Of a DNA stretch of 64,000 bases, positions 38,588-46,986 are shown one piece after another. Source of the DNA: Nitrospinales bacterium (lineage in GTDB: Bacteria; Nitrospinota; Nitrospinia; Nitrospinales; VA-1). Every line of letters begins with the position of its first letter. The stretch's first letter is position 1. The notes beneath the pieces are model-generated. The model was not told where the DNA came from. It ran no database searches and worked only from the letters and a program-made list of their open reading frames with translations. The stretch spans positions 1,248,001-1,312,000 of the forward strand of contig CBDCWG010000012.1 of NCBI GenBank assembly GCA_965223345.1. The letters are read 5' to 3'. The position numbers and the translations under genes were made by a program.

Positions 38588-38726
38588 CGCCTTCCTCGCC
38601 CGTGACCTCGAGTTCTCGCAACTCAGCTAAAGGAAGGTCCCTTGACTGTCTGGGAGCGAAAGTGCGAGGCTAGCTGAGCACTTATCGTAACGCCAGTCAG
38701 GCAACAAATTTTGGGCGTGCGCGTTT

Positions 38727-39932
38727 ATGTCGGAAACTGAGGCTTCCTCAGAGCGAAATCGGGAACTGGAGTCGTCAAAGACGACTACCGGTCCCGGGCT
38801 TGTCAAGGCTCACACCGGAATGCGCGGTCTGCTGGCCTTTTACATTATGCTGTTTCACGCCCTGTCGTTTTCCACCGGCTGGGACCTACAAGGTTCAGCT
38901 TTGATGCCCGTATTCTTCCTCCTGGCGGGTTATTCACTCGCCATCGTTTACGGGAAGCAACGGCCCAGGTTCGACGTCAAGCATTACTACCGCAACCGCT
39001 TCGCACGGATTGCCCCCGTCTACTACGCCGTGATGCTGTTTGCGCTGCCACTTGCTGTGTTCGGCCGTGGCTGGGTGTCGCCGTCCGACATTGGTTGGGT
39101 ATTCGCGACCAACATATTCGCTGTGCAGATGTGGCCAAGTATCCCCCCGGTCTCGTTCGCAGGTCCTGCCTGGACCATTTCGACACTCGCCTTCTTCTAT
39201 CTCGTCTTCCCTTGGTTGCTGCGATGGCATCAGAACCAGACCGACCGGTCTTTGAACCGATGGATCACGATACTGGCGGTGGTGCAGGCCGTGGTGTTCT
39301 TTGCTTTGTCGTTCACCATCTATTTCGTAGATTACAATTGGGCCTTCTGGGCCTCCCATGCCTGGCCCATATCGCGGCTTCCCGTGTTTGACATGGGACT
39401 CGTCGCAGGACTTCTCATGCTCCGCCAAGGCCGCCCTGATCGCGACACCGCTGTCAGAGTCATGGGTGTCTCGACCGATCAAAAGAACCGTTGGGCGCGA
39501 CGCGTCGATGGGTACGCCGGTACTTTCGTCGTCTTCGTAATCGGATTGTCCGCCCTAGAAGTTGTGGGGGGCATCGACCTCCTCGGCTCCTGGTGGATGC
39601 AAGGGGTGTTCCCGTACGTGATCCTTGTTGTCATCGTCGGATTGTCAATGACCAGCCGAGAAGAAAATTTGTACACGCAACGCCTGCTGAATTGGCCAAC
39701 CTGTCTCTTCCTCGGCAGAATTTCTTTGTCTTTGTATCTGGTCCATGAACCCATCATTCAATACGTCGCCTGGATTGCTCGACCTGCTCAGACATGGAGT
39801 TTCAACATGCCTATGCCCGTATGGGGAATCGCCGTCGTGCTGCCCGTGAGCGTTATCCTCGCCGCGCTGCTTGAACGAACCATCGAAACCCCGGCTCGCA
39901 ATTTCTTAAGGGCGCGCTCGCGTCGTTTCTGA
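38727..39932 (+). CDS. Acyltransferase family 3 (OafA/YrhL-like membrane O-acyltransferase)
   Basis: GMRGLLA..H, FFLLAGY, YYRNRFARIAPVYY, WTIS..FFYLVFP, LGRISLSLYLVHEPI, IETP. Confidence 0.9.
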   Translation: MSETEASSERNRELESSKTTTGPGLVKAHTGMRGLLAFYIMLFHALSFSTGWDLQGSALMPVFFLLAGYSLAIVYGKQRPRFDVKHYYRNRFARIAPVYYAVMLFALPLAVFGRGWVSPSDIGWVFATNIFAVQMWPSIPPVSFAGPAWTISTLAFFYLVFPWLLRWHQNQTDRSLNRWITILAVVQAVVFFALSFTIYFVDYNWAFWASHAWPISRLPVFDMGLVAGLLMLRQGRPDRDTAVRVMGVSTDQKNRWARRVDGYAGTFVVFVIGLSALEVVGGIDLLGSWWMQGVFPYVILVVIVGLSMTSREENLYTQRLLNWPTCLFLGRISLSLYLVHEPIIQYVAWIARPAQTWSFNMPMPVWGIAVVLPVSVILAALLERTIETPARNFLRARSRRF

Positions 39933-40057
39933 TAGCGCCGCGTCACTGCCGTCAAGCCCCTCTAGCGATCTGCTATTCCCTCTTAGCAGGCCCCCGAACC
40001 AGATTCCGCGACGCCGTTCTTCCGCTGAGTTGCGCTTGCGGATCGCGATCCTAACAT

Positions 40058-40113
40058 ATCCGTTTTGGGTCGTTGGCGGACTCACTATCAACTGGAATCG
40101 GCCAAAAGCGGAC
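40058..40113. repeat. Pair of 24-bp imperfect palindromic elements (copies at 40058-40081 on - and 40090-40113 on +)
   Basis: Reverse complement GTCCGCCAACGACCCAAAACGGAT and AACTGGAATCGGCCAAAAGCGGAC; same family as 38494 and 59311. Confidence 0.55.
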
Positions 40114-40173
40114 ACCCTCATCTGCCGCTATGAAGCGCCACAAAAACCTGGATGGATATAGCGTTTTATTGAT

Positions 40174-41154
40174 TTAGTCTTTGTGCTCCATCGTGATAAC
40201 CAAGTTGCCCTTTTTGTGGCCGCTTTCGATGTAGCGGTGCGCTGCGGCGGTTTCTTCCAGCGGATAGGTTCGGTCTATCACCGATTTCAGTTTCCCCGCC
40301 TCGATGAGTTCTTTGAGAAAATTCAGATCTTCGGCTTTGTACTTGGCAAACTCGAACATCACTTTCTTGTCGCTGGTTCGGGACGTCCATAGCGCGCGCA
40401 GCATCTGGTGCGCGCGGGGGTTGGCCAGCAGATAGCGGCCGTTCTGCTTCAGCGAGCGGAGGCTGCGTGAAAACGAACTCTTGCCCACCACGTCGAAGAT
40501 GACATCGTAGCGCACACCGGATCGGCTGAAATCTTCTTGTGTGTAATCGATGACGTGATCGGCACCGATGGCGCGCAGCGTGTCCAGCTTTTCCGTGCTG
40601 TCCACGCCGGTCACTTCCGCGCCGAAGTATTTTGCGAGCTGCACGGCAAAGGAGCCGATGTTTCCGGTAGCGCCGTTGATGAGAACGTTCTCCCCGTTCC
40701 GGATGTTGGCTTTGCGGATGAAGTGCAACGCGTTGAGCCCGCCAGTCGGGACGGCGGCGGCTTGCGCGTGCGTCATGCTGACCGGTTTGAGGGCGCACTT
40801 TTCTGCGCGCAGGCATTTGTACTCGGCGTGCGCGCCCATGCCGATTTCGGTGGAGGCGAACACCTCATCCCCAACCTTGAATTGCGTGACGTTCTTGCCG
40901 GCCGATTCGACGACACCGGAGAGATCCTGCCCCAGTATGTTCACTCTTTTGGGCCGCAGCAGTCCCGCGTAGATCCGCAAGGGCAGCCAGAACCACAGCG
41001 GGAAAGTGAAGCTGCGAAGCTCGCAGTCGCCCGGGATGACAGAGGCCGCATGGATCCGGATCAACACCTCGTCGTCTTTGGGAACGGGTTTGGGCACCTC
41101 TTTCAGTTGCAACACTTCCGGCGGGCCGTATTGTTCGAATACGATGGCTTTCAT
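40174..41154 (-). CDS. NAD(P)-dependent MDR oxidoreductase (quinone oxidoreductase/RTN4IP1-like)
   Basis: MKAIVFEQYGPPEVL, LGQDLSGVVE, INGATGNIG, GADHVIDY, VIDRTYPL, GHKKGNLVI. Confidence 0.9.
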   Translation of the reverse strand: MKAIVFEQYGPPEVLQLKEVPKPVPKDDEVLIRIHAASVIPGDCELRSFTFPLWFWLPLRIYAGLLRPKRVNILGQDLSGVVESAGKNVTQFKVGDEVFASTEIGMGAHAEYKCLRAEKCALKPVSMTHAQAAAVPTGGLNALHFIRKANIRNGENVLINGATGNIGSFAVQLAKYFGAEVTGVDSTEKLDTLRAIGADHVIDYTQEDFSRSGVRYDVIFDVVGKSSFSRSLRSLKQNGRYLLANPRAHQMLRALWTSRTSDKKVMFEFAKYKAEDLNFLKELIEAGKLKSVIDRTYPLEETAAAHRYIESGHKKGNLVITMEHKD

Positions 41155-41196
41155 CCGTTTCTTGCTGCTTTGAGCGGGTTCGCTTTTTGAACGGTT

Positions 41197-41246
41197 CACC
41201 CTTCGACAGAGCCCGTCCTGAGCCAGCCGAAGGGCTCAGGGTGACA
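41197..41246 (-). repeat. REP-like palindromic element
   Basis: Reverse complement matches 61659-61708 at 41 of 50 positions; CCCTTCGACA...GCTCAGGGTGACA ends. Confidence 0.75.
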
Positions 41247-41283
41247 GAGATACTTTTATCCCGTTCATCCTGTACAGAGGGGT

Positions 41284-41994
41284 TCAGGTCTTCGACTGGC
41301 CGCCGTCGATGAACAGGGTCTCGCCGTTGACGAATTTGTTTTCCAGCAGGTATTGCAGTCCCTGCACGATGTTTTCCTCCGCGCCGTGGGTTTTCGTCGG
41401 GATCGCCTTCGCCCATTTTTTGAGGTAGTCGTCGGTCTCGCCGGCGGGCGGCAGGATCAGCCCCGGCGCGATCCCGTTGACGCGCACGGTCGCGCCGAAC
41501 TCGATGGCGGCAAGATGGGTGAGGTGACTGAGTCCCACTTTGGTCACCGAGTACGCGGCGAAGGTGGGAACGGCGCGTTCGATGCGCTCATCGAGGATGT
41601 TGACGATCAGGCCGCGGTTCACCTGGCGCTTGTATTCGCGCATCAGCAGATACGGCGTCAGGAGGTTGATGTGCACGCTGTCTGTGAGCGTTTTTGTCGT
41701 CGTGCTTTCGATGTTCTCCTGGATGAACACCGAGGCGGAGTTGACGAGCACCGCGAGATCGGGAAACGCCTCTTGTACTTCGGCGATGAGTTTTTCGGAA
41801 GCGGCGAGATCGCTGAAATCGCAGGGGAATGAGCGAGCCTGAACGCCCAGGGCCTGGATTTCCTTCAAGGTTTCACCGGCGTGTTTGGAGGAGGTGTTGT
41901 GGTGCAGGGCGATGTCGTGGCCTTTGCGGGCGAGATGCAGCGCCATGGCGCGTCCCAGGCGCACGGCCCCTCCGGTCACCAGAGCAGCGGGCAT
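41284..41994 (-). CDS. SDR family oxidoreductase (pteridine reductase/FolM-like)
   Basis: TGGAVRLG (Arg typical of PTR/FolM), LVNSASVF, YxxxK (YSVTK), VNGIAPG, IDGG. Confidence 0.88.
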   Translation of the reverse strand: MPAALVTGGAVRLGRAMALHLARKGHDIALHHNTSSKHAGETLKEIQALGVQARSFPCDFSDLAASEKLIAEVQEAFPDLAVLVNSASVFIQENIESTTTKTLTDSVHINLLTPYLLMREYKRQVNRGLIVNILDERIERAVPTFAAYSVTKVGLSHLTHLAAIEFGATVRVNGIAPGLILPPAGETDDYLKKWAKAIPTKTHGAEENIVQGLQYLLENKFVNGETLFIDGGQSKT

Positions 41995-42129
41995 GATTGA
42001 ACCTCCTCAAGTTTGCGGGTATACTTTTCGCTTCGATTGAAAATTTGATTCAGGCAGGCATTTAACGTTAATTTTCAGGCAAAATCCACTGATTTTCGCC
42101 TGAGCACTTCTTCGCTGGAAAGGCACCGA

Positions 42130-42651
42130 ATGGACGACAAGAGCAAACCCAAATGCGTGAACATCGCGGTTCTGACCGTTTCGGACACGCGCACGGAAGC
42201 GGACGACAAATCGGGAAAGACCCTGGTGGACCGCATCGAGGCGGCCGGACACAAGGTCGCGGAAAAACGCATCGTGAAGGATGAAATCATCACGCTGCAG
42301 GAGACGCTGGAGGAATGGATCAAGCGGGAGGACGTGGATGTGGTGATCGCCACGGGCGGCACCGGGGTCACCGGCCGCGACGTGACGCCGGAAGCGTTCG
42401 AGTCGCTGTACGACAAGCCGATTCCGGGGTTCGGCGAACTGTTCCGCATGCTGAGCTATGAGAGCATCAAGACCTCGACGATGCAGTCGCGCGCCACGGC
42501 GGGGGTCGCCGGCGGTACGTTCCTGTTCGCGCTGCCGGGATCGACGGGCGCCTGCAAGGACGCGTGGGATCAGATTCTGGTGCACCAGCTCAACAGCAAC
42601 AACCCGCCCTGCAATCTGGTGGAGCTGATGCCCCGCCTGATGGAGAAGTGA
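42130..42651 (+). CDS. moaB: Molybdenum cofactor biosynthesis protein B
   Basis: LTVSDTR..DKSG, TGGTGVTGRDVTPEA, GFGELFR, QSRA, LPGS, PCNLVELMPRL. Confidence 0.95.
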   Translation: MDDKSKPKCVNIAVLTVSDTRTEADDKSGKTLVDRIEAAGHKVAEKRIVKDEIITLQETLEEWIKREDVDVVIATGGTGVTGRDVTPEAFESLYDKPIPGFGELFRMLSYESIKTSTMQSRATAGVAGGTFLFALPGSTGACKDAWDQILVHQLNSNNPPCNLVELMPRLMEK

Positions 42652-42735
42652 CTGGGCCACGCCCAGCGGGAGTAGGTCCGACTTCAACTGCCTGCTGTTG
42701 GTTTTAAGGCATACGACGCAAATTTCTATGCTGGC

Positions 42736-43611
42736 TCAGGGCAGCGCCACTTTGCTGAGGGAAAAGGGGATCACTTTCAGCGATTCCGGCGTCGCGAGAT
42801 AAACGACGAGCTGCATGTCCGCGGCGGGCGGTTCCTTGAATCCGTAGCTTCTGAATTCGCCGCCGGTGGAGCTGTACACCGGCTTGATGCGATTGCCGTC
42901 CGCATCGAGGAACTCGAAAGCCACCAGGCGTTTTTTCGGATCGTGCACGAGAAAGTGCAGGCTGTTCTTTTCATCCGGCATCATTCCCGCGAACATCCCC
43001 TCGAACATCTTGCCGAACGCTTCGCCCAGCTGCTCGCCGAACTGGTCCATGCTGTTTTTTTGGGCCATTTCCATTTCCCGCTTTTTCTGCTCCTGGTACA
43101 GCTCCTTGGTGGTGAAGCTCACCTGCACGCGGCTGTGGGATAAGGCGGGGTGGGAGAGGGGCTTGCCGGGCTTTGCCATGAACCCTTTGATCGTGGCCTG
43201 GCTGCCGTTTTTCGGGTCGGGCTGAAACAGCTCCATCTCGCCTTTCAAAAACTGCAAATACTTCGCGTCGCGCGCCGGGTTTTTGATGGAAACTTTGCGG
43301 GCCAGTTTGTGGTCGCGTTCCTCGTTGAACTGAAAGTGGGACTGTTTGGAAGTCTGATTGAGAATCCGTCCTTTGTCGTCGGCGGCGTAGTTGATGCGGA
43401 CATCGCGGATGCCCAAAGACTGCGACACTTCTGGTCCCATGACGATGAGCTCCAGCTCGCATTTGGCGAAAAAGTCCTTGGTGGATCGCTGGTCGGAGAC
43501 CTCGCTGACCAGCACCCGGGCTTCCGCCGCAAAACCCGTCTGTACCGCCGTCACGCTGAATAAAAGCGCGATCGCCGCGCCCGCCTGCCATCCTCTGTGA
43601 ATTCGCAACAT
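42736..43611 (-). CDS. Exported hypothetical protein
   Basis: GGAGGAGG RBS before ATG 43611; signal peptide ending GFA|AE; the longer ORF in the track is this gene plus an antisense run over rluD. Confidence 0.7.
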   Translation of the reverse strand: MLRIHRGWQAGAAIALLFSVTAVQTGFAAEARVLVSEVSDQRSTKDFFAKCELELIVMGPEVSQSLGIRDVRINYAADDKGRILNQTSKQSHFQFNEERDHKLARKVSIKNPARDAKYLQFLKGEMELFQPDPKNGSQATIKGFMAKPGKPLSHPALSHSRVQVSFTTKELYQEQKKREMEMAQKNSMDQFGEQLGEAFGKMFEGMFAGMMPDEKNSLHFLVHDPKKRLVAFEFLDADGNRIKPVYSSTGGEFRSYGFKEPPAADMQLVVYLATPESLKVIPFSLSKVALP

Positions 43612-43725
43612 CGCCTCCTCCTGAAAAATCAGGGCCCCGGCCCTGGTATCGGCTGTCGTTTTCGCCCGAATGTGTATAATGACAGGGTAACGGAAACGCT
43701 GGGAATATGCGAGTAAATCCTTATT

Positions 43726-44664
43726 ATGCAATACTTTAGGTATGTTGTGCCGGGGGCGGGAAAACAGCGCCGCCTGGACCATTATCTTGCGGAAATTCAA
43801 GCGGATTTCAGCCGTTCGCGGGTGCAGAAGCTGATCCAGGAGGGGCGGGTCTCGGTGAACGGCGCGGCCGCGAAGCCCAAATACCGGGTGCAGACCGGCG
43901 ACGTGGTCGAGCTTGCGGTGCCGCCGGCCGCACCGCTGGACCTGCCGGCGCAATCGATCCCGCTCAACATCGTGTACGAGGATGCGGGGCTGATCGTGGT
44001 GGACAAGCCGGTGGGCATGGTGGTCCATCCGGCGCCGGGGCACGCCGAGGGCACGCTGGTGAACGCGCTTTTGCACCACTGCGGCGACCTCAAGGGCATC
44101 GGCGGCGTCGAACGGCCGGGCATCGTGCACCGTCTCGATAAGGACACCTCCGGGCTGGTGCTGGCGGCGAAGACCGAGGCCGTGCACCGCTCGCTGACGG
44201 AGCAGTTCAAGGATCGCAGCGTCGAGAAGGTCTACCTCGCGCTGGTGCGCGGCGTTGTGGGGCCGGACCGGGGGGTGATCGATGCGCCGATCGGCCGGCA
44301 TCCGGTGCAGCGCAAGAAGATGGCGGTGCGGGAGGGCGGCCGCGAGGCGGTCACGCGCTATGCGGTGATCGCGCGCGGGGAGGGCTGTTCCTACGTGCGG
44401 TTGCATCCCAAAACCGGCCGCACGCACCAGATCCGGGTGCACCTCGCCTCGCTCGGGCATCCCATTCTCGGCGACAAACTGTATGGCGGCAAAACCGCAT
44501 CCCCCTCCCTGAAACTATCCCGGCAGGCGCTGCACGCTCACCGGCTCACCATCCTCAATCCCAGCACGCAAAATCGTCAGGAATTTGAATCGCCTCTGCC
44601 CGAAGACATGGCCGCCTTTGTGAATAACTTTGGAGTTTCTGGGGATAAAAATCCGGCAACGTGA
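43726..44664 (+). CDS. rluD: 23S rRNA pseudouridine synthase RluD
   Basis: S4 domain (RLDHYL..SRSRVQKLI), DKPVGMVVHP, HRLDKDTSG, TGRTHQIRVH, QALHA. Confidence 0.95.
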   Translation: MQYFRYVVPGAGKQRRLDHYLAEIQADFSRSRVQKLIQEGRVSVNGAAAKPKYRVQTGDVVELAVPPAAPLDLPAQSIPLNIVYEDAGLIVVDKPVGMVVHPAPGHAEGTLVNALLHHCGDLKGIGGVERPGIVHRLDKDTSGLVLAAKTEAVHRSLTEQFKDRSVEKVYLALVRGVVGPDRGVIDAPIGRHPVQRKKMAVREGGREAVTRYAVIARGEGCSYVRLHPKTGRTHQIRVHLASLGHPILGDKLYGGKTASPSLKLSRQALHAHRLTILNPSTQNRQEFESPLPEDMAAFVNNFGVSGDKNPAT

Positions 44665-44675
44665 TCTAAGTCACG
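44660..44675. promoter_or_regulatory. CRP/FNR-type palindrome
   Basis: CGTGA-TCTAAG-TCACG over the rluD stop. Confidence 0.4.
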
Positions 44676-45078
44676 ATATCGCTGAACCGAACTCCGGCTT
44701 ATTTTTCTACGGATTTACGCCGATGACGGTTTTTCCCAGCCTGTGGATAACTTGTGCAAATCCTCCCGATCCGGGGTCGTGGAGGGGGAGCTGTGAAACA
44801 TTCTTTTTCACGGCCGCCGCGAATGGAATCGGGAAACGCGTTTAAAAATATAAGTTTTAAAAAAAAGCGCAAAAATCCGCCGCCCAGCCGAGGAAAAATT
44901 CTTGACAGGATTTAGTTTTCCACACCTGAAAGCGCCGGGCGGCCGAACCGTCTCTGAGAGCGGTTTGAGGCCCGTTTCGGGGCATCAAAAAATTGGCATC
45001 CGGCCGCTTGCCTGTGCTATGGCGGCTGCGCAGCATTTCTATCCACAATTCAAATCACATGGGCCGGTTATCCGCACG

Positions 45079-45100
45079 AAATGTGATGTGAATCACAATC
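45079..45100. promoter_or_regulatory. CRP-type box inside the DnaA-box cluster
   Basis: AAATGTGATGTGAATCACAATC, close to the consensus AAATGTGA-N6-TCACATTT. Confidence 0.55.
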
Positions 45101-45680
45101 AAAATTTTGACGCCCGAAAACCCGTGATGCGGTGCGGGGATGATGGATTTTGATTTTTCGACCCGATTTTTCCTTTTTCCTGTCGCGGTTTTGCCGATGA
45201 ATACTCGTGAGGGCCCCAAGAGGAAAGGGGGAAACGGACCGGGAGGCGGCAGCCCCTTTCCCGACGCCTTCATCCATCACGCTGATTTTTAATAGCTTTT
45301 TTCCACAATCGTTGTGAGCAGGTTGTGGAAAAATCTTTGGAAAACAGTTTTAGATTAAATAAAGTCAGTGTCTTAGCTTAACTTGATTAGAAACTGTGCA
45401 GGTTGGGTAACTGTTTGAAAATTAAAATATTTTAATTTTGCGGTGTGACCGGGCTCCGGTTTTCGCTCTTAACGTGCCTGTGATGCTCTTTTGAAAAAAA
45501 TTTTCGAGCTTTTTTTACAGTGCGATCCGTCATCGGGATGCAAAGAAACCCGAAAACAGGGCGAAGGGTGACGGAACGGGGATTTTATCGGCGGGCGGAT
45601 CGATAAAACGCTTTGTATAACAATGGGTTGCCCGGAAATGGCGGGAACGCGCCGATTTTTTTCTGCTAAAATAAATTCCG

Positions 45681-46781
45681 ATGATCGACCGTAAATGGAC
45701 AAGCAATTTCAGCTGGTGGTTGTTGGCCGTCGTTTTGGGCGTGTCGATTCTCGGCGTGGTGATCATCTACAGCGCGAATCACGGCCGCCCGGAAGCGTTT
45801 TTCCGCGAGCTCTACATCAAGCAGATCTACTGGATTCTGTACGGCCTGGTTCTGATGTTTTTGGCCATCGTGATCGACTACCGCTATTTCAGCCGCTACG
45901 CCTACCTCATCTACGGGCTGACGGTGCTGGCGCTCGTCTATGTGCTGTTTTACGGAACCATCAGCTCCGGTGCGCGGCGCTGGATCACGCTGGGGTCGGT
46001 GAGCATCCAGGTTTCGGAGTTTGCGAAGATCGCTCTGGTCATCGGGCTCGCCAAGTATTTCGAAACGGGAAAACTGCAGGGGCAGTTTCAGTTCAAAAAC
46101 CTGATCGTGCCCGCGTTGCTGACCGCCGTCATCGGGATCCTGATCGGCAGCCAGCCGGATCTCGGCACGGCCATCATGACGTTTCTGATCTTCCTGGTGT
46201 TCGTCACCGCGATCGAGTTCGACTACCGCACTCTGTTCAAGCTGTTCGGAGCCGGGCTGGTCATGGCGCCGTTGACCTGGTTCATCCTCAAGGACTATCA
46301 GAAATCGCGCCTGCTCACGCTGTTCAATCCCGACATGGACCCCCTGGGTGCGGGCTACCACACGATCCAGTCGAAGATCGCCATCGGTTCGGGCGGCTTC
46401 TGGGGCAAGGGATTTTTCGCCGGCACCCAGAGCCGGTTGAACTTCCTGCCGGAAAAGCACACCGATTTCATTTTTTCCGTGTTCGCGGAGGAAGCGGGGT
46501 TTTTCGGTGTGGTCATCCTGTTGTCGCTGTACCTCGTCATCATCCTGAAGGGGCTCAACATCGCTTTCCGCGCCGCCGACCGCTTCGGCCTGTTTCTGGC
46601 GCTCGGCATCGTGAGCTTTTTCTCCTTCTACATCATCTTCAATATCGGCATGACCATCGGTCTGTTCCCGGTCACCGGGCTTCCCCTGCCGCTCATGAGT
46701 TACGGAGGCTCCTCGCTGATCACCAATTTCATCGCCATCGGCCTGCTGCTCAATATCGAGATGCGGCGCACCCTCGCCTGA
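45681..46781 (+). CDS. rodA: Rod shape-determining SEDS glycosyltransferase RodA
   Basis: GARRWI, QVSEFAK, QPDLGT, YQKSR, GAGYHTIQSKIAIGSGG, LPEKHTDFIF, PLMSYGGSS. Confidence 0.95.
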   Translation: MIDRKWTSNFSWWLLAVVLGVSILGVVIIYSANHGRPEAFFRELYIKQIYWILYGLVLMFLAIVIDYRYFSRYAYLIYGLTVLALVYVLFYGTISSGARRWITLGSVSIQVSEFAKIALVIGLAKYFETGKLQGQFQFKNLIVPALLTAVIGILIGSQPDLGTAIMTFLIFLVFVTAIEFDYRTLFKLFGAGLVMAPLTWFILKDYQKSRLLTLFNPDMDPLGAGYHTIQSKIAIGSGGFWGKGFFAGTQSRLNFLPEKHTDFIFSVFAEEAGFFGVVILLSLYLVIILKGLNIAFRAADRFGLFLALGIVSFFSFYIIFNIGMTIGLFPVTGLPLPLMSYGGSSLITNFIAIGLLLNIEMRRTLA

Positions 46782-46817
46782 CGGCGAAGCGCCGCCCCCG
46801 GTTCCGCTTTCAAGGTT

Positions 46818-46847
46818 TTGCCCACTTCCCGAAATACATGGTATAAT
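46818..46847 (+). promoter_or_regulatory. Sigma70 promoter for rng (extended -10)
   Basis: TTGCCC-18 nt-TATAAT with TGnTATAAT. Confidence 0.6.
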
Positions 46848-46986
46848 TTTCCCTCAAACCACATCCCCCTATGTCGTTTGAAATCTTCGCAGGAGGGAAA
46901 AGGCGGGACCGCTTTATCTCCCTGCGGATTCGTGGATCCGGCCCCCCGGCGGGCGGGCCTTTTGTCGATCGTGGAAGCAACAGCAG

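Larger units (their letters stand above)
44619..45440. other. DnaA-box cluster with an AT-rich tract; candidate replication origin (oriC)
   Basis: Exact TTWTNCACA boxes at 44619(-), 44742(-), 44916(+), 45299(+), 45324(-); one-mismatch boxes at 44730, 44753, 44792, 44804, 45039, 45068, 45336; AT-rich 45330-45440; IHF-like TAACTGTTTGAAA at 45408. Confidence 0.7.

Noticed and set aside
38390..40173. Classical integron attC sites around the acyltransferase
   Set aside because: No paired RYYYAAC...GTTRRRY ends at attC spacing and no intI gene; reported instead as a different 24-bp element
42736..44460. 574 aa minus-strand ORF suggesting a large protein
   Set aside because: The N-terminal half is the antisense of rluD; the real gene starts at 43611 with its own RBS and signal peptide
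44630..45766. Short ORFs inside the rluD-rodA gap
   Set aside because: Mutually overlapping, with no motifs or good RBS; the region is better explained as a non-coding DnaA-box locus
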